NCBI GenBank assembly: GCA_038065515.1
Contig: JBBTQV010000017.1
Location: 1 to 37,631, forward strand
Direction of reading: 5' to 3'
DNA from: Patescibacteria group bacterium
GTDB lineage: Bacteria > Patescibacteriota > Minisyncoccia > 2-02-FULL-40-12 > GWA2-44-9
Length of the DNA: 37,631 nt
Made by a program: the position numbers and the translations under genes. Every line of letters starts with the position of its first letter. Position 1 is the first letter of the stretch. Under the pieces are notes generated by a model that searched no databases, was not told the DNA's origin, and saw only the letters and a program-made list of their open reading frames with translations. This document shows positions 9,279 through 16,560 of the stretch, piece after piece.

Positions 9279-9899
9279 TTACGGAGTCGGAGTAGGGGTC
9301 ACTGACGGGGTCGGAGTGATGGACATGCCACGCGTTGAGACAATCACATCTATCAGCGCTTTGTGCGCCTCACGAATCTTGCCAACGACGCCTTTGTGCA
9401 GTTCGCGAGCCTTGGCAATGATGTCAGCGACCGGCTTTCCGTCGTCAACCATCTTCTTGAGCTCTGTAACCGCACTGTCGAACGCCGCCTGCGCACCATC
9501 GATCTTTGCCCGTGCGGCAACCAAATCGGCCTTCAGCTTGGTGACATCCCTTCCGGCTGCGGCGAGTCGGTCTAATCGCGCACCGATCTTGTCGGCCATC
9601 TTCTTCTCGCGGTTGATCAGCTTCTGAAGCCGTTCGCCGGTCTTTTTCCAGAACTTCACGAGACGGTTTTTGCGTTCAAGGTCGCGTTTCTCCTTGAGTT
9701 TAGCTTGAAGCTCTTGGCTCCGGGAGGCGATTTCCTGACGGGTATCTTTTCGAATCTCTTTCACTTCTTGGCGGAACTCACGGCGCAATCTGGGAGAACC
9801 AGAGGGCGAAGGGGACGGAGACTCATCCGCTAGGGCGGGTGCGGCCGTGGCAACCAGGAAGGTAGCCAGCGCGAGGGTTGATACGATGTGTTTGTTCAT
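9279..9899 (-). CDS. Secreted coiled-coil protein
   Basis: Signal peptide MNKHIVSTLALATFLVATAAPALA, long helical charged region, PT tail. Confidence 0.8.
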   Translation of the reverse strand: MNKHIVSTLALATFLVATAAPALADESPSPSPSGSPRLRREFRQEVKEIRKDTRQEIASRSQELQAKLKEKRDLERKNRLVKFWKKTGERLQKLINREKKMADKIGARLDRLAAAGRDVTKLKADLVAARAKIDGAQAAFDSAVTELKKMVDDGKPVADIIAKARELHKGVVGKIREAHKALIDVIVSTRGMSITPTPSVTPTPTP

Positions 9900-9932
9900 A
9901 GGAATAGTGTAGCACAATGACAGTACAGGTGG

Positions 9933-9961
9933 TATGACGATACTAACTCCAATCTCTTACA
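9933..9961 (-). promoter_or_regulatory. Putative ECF promoter of the secreted-protein gene
   Basis: TGTAAG-N16-CGTCAT. Confidence 0.65.
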
Positions 9962-10036
9962 ACACTAGCCAAATACGGCGTTTTATGCTATTTTTTCAAC
10001 TTGAGGGCTTTGCCCTCCGTAGTTTCAACGAAGGAG

Positions 10037-10110
10037 GGGCCTGTAGTAAAGTGGCATTACACGGCATTCGCATTGCTGAGGCGGGAGTTCGATTCTCCCC
10101 AGGTCCACCA
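10037..10110 (+). tRNA. tRNA-Ala(CGC)
   Basis: GGGCCTG/CAGGTCC with G3:U70, anticodon loop TTCGCAT, encoded CCA. Confidence 0.95.
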
Positions 10111-10287
10111 TTTCAGATTTGCCGAAGAAGTTGCCTCGGGGCTTCGTCCCTCGACATTGGTTTCCACCAAGAAATTCCAGGGGGTTTTGAATTCCGCCAA
10201 AAGAATCCCTGCCGAAAGTCGGCGGTTCGAGCCGATGTCCACAAGAAAATCTCTCGCGGATGAGAGATTTTAGGCTTGGTTGGCCTC
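10111..10287 (-). pseudogene. Second serine-recombinase C-terminal remnant; inverted homolog of 5352-5546
   Basis: DIGSNRRLSAGILLAEFKTPWNFLVETNVEGRSPEATSSAN nearly identical to the first copy; internal deletion near 10255. Confidence 0.8.
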
Positions 10288-10321
10288 GACCGAGGCCGTC
10301 ATCTGGAGTTTTGGTCAAGCG

Positions 10322-10373
10322 TTGACAAGGAAGCTGTTAGGGCATAAGCTGACTCTGTAATACAAAGTAATAC
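10322..10373 (+). promoter_or_regulatory. Sigma-70 promoter and putative operator of the TA operon
   Basis: TTGACA-N17-TAAGCT, then GTAATAC direct repeats at 10357 and 10367. Confidence 0.6.
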
Positions 10374-10381
10374 CATACTCC

Positions 10382-10588
10382 ATGCGGTGCGTTGTAAATA
10401 TCTCCCTGCCGTCGTCACTTTCTGCGGTAGTCAAAAAAGAAGTAAAGCGGGGTAAATACGCGAGCACAAGCGAGTACTTTCGAACACTCGTACGGAATCA
10501 GGAGCTTGCACGAGAACTTGAAAAGTCGAGCAAAGAGTTCGCGGCAGGAAAAGGCGGTGTTCTTCGATCTCTTCGCGATCTTCGATAG
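10382..10588 (+). CDS. Ribbon-helix-helix antitoxin (ParD/CopG-like)
   Basis: VNISLP...VKRGKYASTSEYFRTLVR RHH pattern; directly upstream of toxin. Confidence 0.85.
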   Translation: MRCVVNISLPSSLSAVVKKEVKRGKYASTSEYFRTLVRNQELARELEKSSKEFAAGKGGVLRSLRDLR

Positions 10589-10590
10589 CG

Positions 10591-10854
10591 ATGCCGCGCA
10601 TGAAGATCGTATATTCACCGACATTTCTGAAAAGCTATCGGAGGTTATCGCTCCAAGTGAAGCTCGCAGCGGAAAAGAAGGAGACGGTATTCCGCAAAAA
10701 CCCATTCGATAAAAGCTTAATGACCCATAAGTTACATGGGTATTTAAAAGAATATTTGTCTTTTTCAGTAAACAGAGATTACCGGATAATTTTTGAATTT
10801 GAGAGTAAGCAGATGGTACGATTTCACATGATAGGCAAACACGATATCTACTAG
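10591..10854 (+). CDS. RelE/YafQ-family mRNA interferase toxin
   Basis: YSPTFLKSY...NPF..SLMTHKLHG...SFSVNRDYRIIF...IGKHDIY; start may be 10600. Confidence 0.88.
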   Translation: MPRMKIVYSPTFLKSYRRLSLQVKLAAEKKETVFRKNPFDKSLMTHKLHGYLKEYLSFSVNRDYRIIFEFESKQMVRFHMIGKHDIY

Positions 10855-10859
10855 TCAGC

Positions 10860-12827
10860 ATGAACCCTGTCCTTGAAGGCCTCAATGATAAACAGATCGA
10901 GGCCGTCACGACGACGGAAGGCCCGGTGCTGGTCATTTCGGGCCCCGGTTCGGGCAAGACGCGCGCGCTGACCCACCGTATCGCGTATCTGTTGAAATCG
11001 GGAATACCCGCCAACAGTATTCTTGCGGTAACTTTCACAAACAAGGCCGCCGCAGAAATCAAAGAGCGCGTACACAAACTGCTGGGCGCCAAAAGCGCAC
11101 ATCCCGCATTGGGAACCTTCCATTCCGTCGGCTTGCGCATTCTGCGCGTGCATAGTGAGAAGCTTGGCTACAGCAAGAACTTCACGATTTTGGATTCAAG
11201 CGACCAACAGGCGCTGATACGCCGGATTCTGGCGCAGTTTGAACTGGACCCAAAACGGTACACACCCGGTTCGATGCTCGGGAAAATTCAGAAACTCAAA
11301 ACGGAACTGACCTCCCCACAGAACTACGAAGGCACGAGTCACAACGAAAAAATCGTTGCGAAATTGTACCGCGCGTATCAGACACAACTGGAAGCGATGA
11401 ACTCGGTTGATTTCGGCGACCTCATCATGCTTCCCGTACGGCTGTTCCGAGAACATCCCGAAGTGCTCGCGCGATATCAGGATATGTGGCGGTACATATT
11501 GGTAGATGAATACCAAGACACGAGCCATGACCAGTACACGCTCATCGGCATGTTGGCGGCGCGCCACGGGAATCTGTTCTGTATCGGCGACGACGCGCAG
11601 TCTATCTACCAGTTCCGGCAGGCCGATATCCGCAATATTCTGAATTTCCAACGCGATTGGCCCAAGGGCAAAGTGATTCTGCTCGAGCAGAACTATCGCT
11701 CGACAAAAACGATTCTCGCCGCCGCACAAGCCGTCATTTCAAATAATAAAGCACAAATCGCCAAAGACCTGTGGACGCACAACGCATCGGGGGATGCCAT
11801 CACCGTCACCGAGACGGTCAGCGAGCGGCACGAAGCGCAGCATCTCATTGACACTCTGAAAAAACTCCAGTGCCAGCGCTACACGCTGTCTGACTGTGCG
11901 GTGCTGTACCGCACACACGCGCAAAGCCGCGCGCTGGAAGAACAGCTCGTTCGCGCCGGCGTACCATACCGCATCATCGGCGGCATCCGTTTCTATGAGC
12001 GGCGCGAAATCAAAGACCTGCTCGCATACGCGCGACTGGTGAACAACCCTGCCGATGTTGTCAGTCTCGGACGCATTGCCAATGTTCCCGCACGCGGCAT
12101 CGGGCCGGTCACTGTCGAACGCATTCTGGCTGTTGATGCTCCCGACCGCATCAGCGCCATCGGCGTGCTCTCGGAAGATTATCCGCCCACAAGCAGAACA
12201 GGAAAATCGCTTTCCGGCCTGCACGGATTGCTCGTGCGTCTGCAGCGCACCGCGGAGCAGAAAAAAACCAGCGAGGTTGTGCGCGCCATCATCAAGCTGA
12301 CAAACTACGAAGAATACCTGCGCACGCAAAAAACACCGGACGGCCCGGGCGCGGCCGAAGAACGCATCGAAAATGTGCGCGAACTGCTGACCGTCGCAAA
12401 GAAATACGACAGCATCGGCCCCGCCGGATTGGGACAATTCCTCGAAGAGGTCGCGCTCCTGCAGGATACCGACCAGCTCGCGGTGGGGGACCAGGCGGTC
12501 ACCCTGATGACGATACACGCCGCAAAGGGCTTGGAATTTCCCATCGTATTCATCTGCGGGATGGAGGAAGGATTGTTCCCGCACAGCCGCACCATCTGGG
12601 CACCGCACGAGTTGGAAGAGGAGCGCCGGCTGTGTTATGTAGCCATCACGCGGGCCAAAGAACGATTGTTTGTGAGTCTGGCCAAGTGGCGCAACATCTA
12701 CGGCTCCCGGCAGGCGAACATTCCGTCACGCTTTCTATCGGAAGTTCCTGATCATCTGCTGTCATGGCAGAGATTCGAACCCGAAGGATGGCTGGACCGC
12801 GAAGAACGCATCGACTATGACGACTGA
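10860..12827 (+). CDS. pcrA: UvrD/PcrA ATP-dependent DNA helicase
   Basis: GPGSGKT, TFTNKAA, VDEYQD, GDDAQSIY, QNYRS, TIHAAKGLEF, YVAITRA motifs. Confidence 0.95.
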   Translation: MNPVLEGLNDKQIEAVTTTEGPVLVISGPGSGKTRALTHRIAYLLKSGIPANSILAVTFTNKAAAEIKERVHKLLGAKSAHPALGTFHSVGLRILRVHSEKLGYSKNFTILDSSDQQALIRRILAQFELDPKRYTPGSMLGKIQKLKTELTSPQNYEGTSHNEKIVAKLYRAYQTQLEAMNSVDFGDLIMLPVRLFREHPEVLARYQDMWRYILVDEYQDTSHDQYTLIGMLAARHGNLFCIGDDAQSIYQFRQADIRNILNFQRDWPKGKVILLEQNYRSTKTILAAAQAVISNNKAQIAKDLWTHNASGDAITVTETVSERHEAQHLIDTLKKLQCQRYTLSDCAVLYRTHAQSRALEEQLVRAGVPYRIIGGIRFYERREIKDLLAYARLVNNPADVVSLGRIANVPARGIGPVTVERILAVDAPDRISAIGVLSEDYPPTSRTGKSLSGLHGLLVRLQRTAEQKKTSEVVRAIIKLTNYEEYLRTQKTPDGPGAAEERIENVRELLTVAKKYDSIGPAGLGQFLEEVALLQDTDQLAVGDQAVTLMTIHAAKGLEFPIVFICGMEEGLFPHSRTIWAPHELEEERRLCYVAITRAKERLFVSLAKWRNIYGSRQANIPSRFLSEVPDHLLSWQRFEPEGWLDREERIDYDD

Positions 12828-12859
12828 ATCGTGAAACATGAAGCATTAAATATAAAACA
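12825..12859 (+). repeat. 7-bp tandem array, left arm (consensus TGAAACA)
   Basis: TGAATCG TGAAACA TGAAGCA TTAAATA TAAAACA. Confidence 0.85.
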
Positions 12860-13224
12860 TGACTGAACAAGGCGCATTTCACTCTATTCTGCGAAAGAAG
12901 ATCGACCTATTTGTTCATGCAGTATATGCCGTATCGCGAACATTTCCCCGCGAAGAACTCTATGGTGTAACATCGCAATTTCGTCGGGCCGCGTTGTCGG
13001 TAGCGCTCAATTACATTGAAGGGTACGCACGCACAAAAAGACTGGTGCATGTACAATTCCTGGAAACCTCTTACGGATCACTCAAAGAAGCAGGATACCT
13101 CATCGAGTTTTGCAGTAAAGAGAATATAATCAGCTCCGAGAACTGCACCGCTCTGACGGAACAGGCAGACGAGATCGGAAAGATGCTTTGGGGTACCATT
13201 CAAGGACTGAAACAGCGCGCATAG
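12859..13224 (+). CDS. Four-helix-bundle protein (23S rRNA IVS protein / Avd-like family)
   Basis: FPREELYGVTSQFRRAALSVALNYIEG...FLETSYGSLKE family signature. Confidence 0.92.
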   Translation: MTEQGAFHSILRKKIDLFVHAVYAVSRTFPREELYGVTSQFRRAALSVALNYIEGYARTKRLVHVQFLETSYGSLKEAGYLIEFCSKENIISSENCTALTEQADEIGKMLWGTIQGLKQRA

Positions 13225-13233
13225 CCGGCCGCT

Positions 13234-13261
13234 TGTTTCATGTTTAATACTTCATGTTTTA
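13234..13261 (+). repeat. 7-bp tandem array, right arm (inverted relative to left arm)
   Basis: TGTTTCA TGTTTAA TACTTCA TGTTTTA; contains the rsmA ATG. Confidence 0.85.
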
Positions 13262-14009
13262 TCCTAAAAAGTCTCTCGGGCAGAACTTCCTCGTCAACAA
13301 GGGGGTGCTCGACCGCATCGTGGAGGCGGCACAATTGTCTGCCGAAGATACGGTGATTGAGGTGGGCCCGGGGACGGGCGTCCTGACACAGCGCCTCGTG
13401 GCAACCGGCGCACAGGTCATCGCAATCGAAAAAGACCGGCGGCTCATCGAGCCGTTGCGTGAGAAATTCGCCGGAATTACAAATCTTGAAATTATTGAGG
13501 GTGATATTCTGGAGTTTGACCCCTCAACCTACAAGCTACAAGCTGATTCCTACAAGCTCGTAGCAAATATCCCTTATTACCTGACTTCACACCTGATACG
13601 GCTGATGTTGGAACAGTGGCCAGCACCTGAACGCGCAATACTGATGGTGCAGGAAGAAGTCGCGCGGCGCATGATGGCCGTGCCGCCGGAGATGAATCTG
13701 TTGGCACTGTCGGTACAGCTGTACGCGACACCGACCATCGTGATGCGCGTTTCCCGCGGCAGTTTCCGTCCAATACCCGATGTAGACTCGGCAGTCATCA
13801 AGCTCGAATTACGGGACACGAATAACGAATTACGGGAACAGAACGAAAAGGTGCTCCAGATAGCAAAAAAATCATTCGGACAGAAACGCAAACAGCTCAA
13901 AGCGACTATACCCGCCGAAACGCTCGGACACGCCGCAATCTCCCCGACAGCCCGCCCCCAGGAGCTTTCGGTTGCCGACTGGGTCCGTCTGGCATCCGCC
14001 CTCCAATAG
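13254..14009 (+). CDS. rsmA: 16S rRNA adenine dimethyltransferase
   Basis: KKSLGQNFL, EVGPGTGVLT, IEKD, ANIPYY, MVQEEVA, F.PIPDVDSA motifs. Confidence 0.96.
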   Translation: MFYPKKSLGQNFLVNKGVLDRIVEAAQLSAEDTVIEVGPGTGVLTQRLVATGAQVIAIEKDRRLIEPLREKFAGITNLEIIEGDILEFDPSTYKLQADSYKLVANIPYYLTSHLIRLMLEQWPAPERAILMVQEEVARRMMAVPPEMNLLALSVQLYATPTIVMRVSRGSFRPIPDVDSAVIKLELRDTNNELREQNEKVLQIAKKSFGQKRKQLKATIPAETLGHAAISPTARPQELSVADWVRLASALQ

Positions 14010-14065
14010 ATATACACACAGAGTCTAGATTTTTCGCGCCGGCATCGTGCTAGAATGGGGTCAAT

Positions 14066-14986
14066 ATGAGCGGAAAGCTCCGAATTGTCTTGGGCGTTCT
14101 GGTGCTCGCGGCCGCGGGCTCTGTTTCGTACCTGCTTCCGTCGTTATCACCAAGTTCACCATCCGAGAAAACCGCAACGGTAGGTGATGCGTTAGCCCTG
14201 AAGAACGACCTTGCAGACACCGACCACGACGGCCTCATCGACCGCGACGAAACTTACTGGCGCACCAACCCCAATAACCCCGACACCGACGGAGATGACT
14301 TCAAAGACGGTGAAGAGGTGCTCACGGGCCATAATCCGCTCGTCAAAGGCCCCGATGATTTTCTCGACCCGACACAGAATGCCACCAAGCGCGTCACCGA
14401 GCTCGCCGTCGGCGGTCTCATGGCGGGCGACCTCGACCCAAGCAGTCCGAACTATGAGGCATCGGTAAAAATGCTCGCCGAAGAAATGGCCACACAATAC
14501 GGCCGAACCATCACGATACCACGGGATACTCTCCAAATCATCGCGGACAGCGACGAGGCCGAGGTGGCATATGTGCGCACGATGTCCTCTGCTTTTTTAA
14601 AAATAATTCTTCCCGCAACCAAAGATACTGGTGCGTTCTTCGATACATTCCGCGAGGTTTCGTTTGCAAGCAGATCCTGGATAACCGAAAATCAGAAACT
14701 GTATACCTCGTTCTCCAAAGAAGCCCGCCGACTTGCCGCAGTCATGCAGGACCGCGCACTAAAGATTATTGCAATTCCGGTGCCGAAATTATTTGAACCG
14801 CAGCATACGGGCGCCGTGCAGATGCTGCGCGCGCAGCAGCGATACTACGAACTACTCGCTGCATTCAAAGAAGACCCTCTGCTGGGCTCTGCGGCATTGA
14901 GCGGTCTCCTGCGACTGCAGTATGAGGGAACACAAAACCTGATGTACGACTTCACGAATGCGCTTTCAATCAAGCTCATCCAATGA
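14066..14986 (+). CDS. Membrane-anchored protein with Ca-binding (TSP3-like) repeats
   Basis: N-terminal TM; DTDHDGLIDRDE and TNPNNPDTDGDDFKDGEEV. Confidence 0.8.
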   Translation: MSGKLRIVLGVLVLAAAGSVSYLLPSLSPSSPSEKTATVGDALALKNDLADTDHDGLIDRDETYWRTNPNNPDTDGDDFKDGEEVLTGHNPLVKGPDDFLDPTQNATKRVTELAVGGLMAGDLDPSSPNYEASVKMLAEEMATQYGRTITIPRDTLQIIADSDEAEVAYVRTMSSAFLKIILPATKDTGAFFDTFREVSFASRSWITENQKLYTSFSKEARRLAAVMQDRALKIIAIPVPKLFEPQHTGAVQMLRAQQRYYELLAAFKEDPLLGSAALSGLLRLQYEGTQNLMYDFTNALSIKLIQ

Positions 14987-16551
14987 TAAACCGTCGAATT
15001 ATCTTCAGTGTTCTCATCGTGGCAGCACTTTTTGCATCGCCTGCGGCTGTTCATTCATTTACGGTAAGCGATATCCAGCGATACAGCCGAGAAGCCCAGC
15101 AGTATGCTCAAGACGCCCAGTGCGCCGCACAGAATATCGGTAACATCGTCGACAAATTCAACAGCGATTATGCCCGGCAGCTCGTAGACCAGGCAAAACA
15201 AGAATTCATAAATTCTTTTAAAAATTATTGGCAGCAGTGGGTGATGTGCATCGCAGGAAGCACGCTCGTCGGCGGCACCGGTATTTCAGGCGCAAAATCG
15301 TGCACAACTACCGTGGCCAATTCGACTAAAGCGGCTCTGGAAGATACCTATAAAAGAGAGTTTAAGGCCGACCTTATAACAGACTGTGCGGCGCAGGTGG
15401 ATGTGCGCGCCGTCCTCAATGCCGCCCGAGAAATTCTGCTACAGAACGGCCGTGACGGTGGAGCGGTATTCGTGCGCGACTGGCGCGCATTCCAGGCGGA
15501 CAACCGCTACCGCGGCCTACAGATCGCGCGCAACGAGATGGCGAACACCAAGCATTGCTCGTGGGTAAGCGGACAACTCCAAGGCATCTTCAATTACGAT
15601 CCCGCAGATGCGGCTCCTCCGATGAGCGGAAATGAGGACGGTCAGAATTCGTACATTCGCGATGCAGAATGCTCTCTACCCGATGATTTCAACCCCGGCG
15701 CACAGAAATATCAGACAACGGAAGCGTTTGCCGCGATGATGCTTCCGCAAAATAATATCTGGGGTTCTTATCTGCTGGCACAGGAAGAAATCAGCCGACA
15801 GATTGCGGATGAAGAGCAAGCGGCGCAAAACGAATTCGCCAACACGGGCGGCGTTGGCGCGCTACGCGCGCAAAACCCCGCCACAGGCACCAGTTGTGCC
15901 GTCATGGCCGCAGACGGCAGTACCTGTCTGCAATACTCAAACATCGAAAATCCCGGCGCCGGAGTTGTGGCGGAAATCAGCGCACAACGACAGGCGCTCT
16001 ACGACCTGATTACCAACCCGCGCACGACCAGCCAGGTGGCCAATGATGTAAGGGCGAACCTTATCAGCACATTTATGTCGATAAGTCAGCCGCTCGCCGC
16101 GCTTCAGTACCGGCGCGGGGGCGTCAGTGGCACTGGCACTCCGGGACCGAGCCCGACACCCACGAATATTCCCGGATCCGGCGATGAAGGCGACCCCGTG
16201 TGTACCGGTGGCAATCCCGATTGCAACTGCGCGATGAACAACACATCAGCACAAGAGCTGGCCCGCGGAGCAGTGCTGACCGCAACGCGGGCCGCCATCA
16301 CCCAACATCCCGAAATGATGGCACCCGACGGCGTTACGCTCCTCCAAGGCCAGAACATTCCGTTCTTGCAATCTGTATGCCAGGTGGGAGGACTATCTAT
16401 TAGCGGCGGCTGTCGCCCCAACAACTCCGGTTTCGGACTCATTATTTCAACGGAGCCGATCGAAATTAATGTCGATGTTATTTTGCCCAATAATGTTGTC
16501 CGCCAACCGGGCGTCGTGACGGTCGTCTGCACAACGCCGGGGAATCTCTAA
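14983..16551 (+). CDS. Secreted Cys-rich protein of the T4SS-like cluster
   Basis: Signal peptide, many paired Cys, PT linker; ATGA-coupled to upstream gene. Confidence 0.75.
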   Translation: MINRRIIFSVLIVAALFASPAAVHSFTVSDIQRYSREAQQYAQDAQCAAQNIGNIVDKFNSDYARQLVDQAKQEFINSFKNYWQQWVMCIAGSTLVGGTGISGAKSCTTTVANSTKAALEDTYKREFKADLITDCAAQVDVRAVLNAAREILLQNGRDGGAVFVRDWRAFQADNRYRGLQIARNEMANTKHCSWVSGQLQGIFNYDPADAAPPMSGNEDGQNSYIRDAECSLPDDFNPGAQKYQTTEAFAAMMLPQNNIWGSYLLAQEEISRQIADEEQAAQNEFANTGGVGALRAQNPATGTSCAVMAADGSTCLQYSNIENPGAGVVAEISAQRQALYDLITNPRTTSQVANDVRANLISTFMSISQPLAALQYRRGGVSGTGTPGPSPTPTNIPGSGDEGDPVCTGGNPDCNCAMNNTSAQELARGAVLTATRAAITQHPEMMAPDGVTLLQGQNIPFLQSVCQVGGLSISGGCRPNNSGFGLIISTEPIEINVDVILPNNVVRQPGVVTVVCTTPGNL

Positions 16552-16560
16552 TGCCACCCT

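Noticed and set aside
11196-12608. Long antisense ORFs within pcrA (similarly 35746-36564 in pilB, 25403-26107 over rnpA/yidD)
   Set aside because: Shadow frames of well-supported genes with no motifs
12859-13224. Diversity-generating retroelement suggested by the Avd-like protein
   Set aside because: No reverse transcriptase and no TR/VR pair with adenine-specific mismatches; the 5352/10287 repeat pair differs at mixed bases
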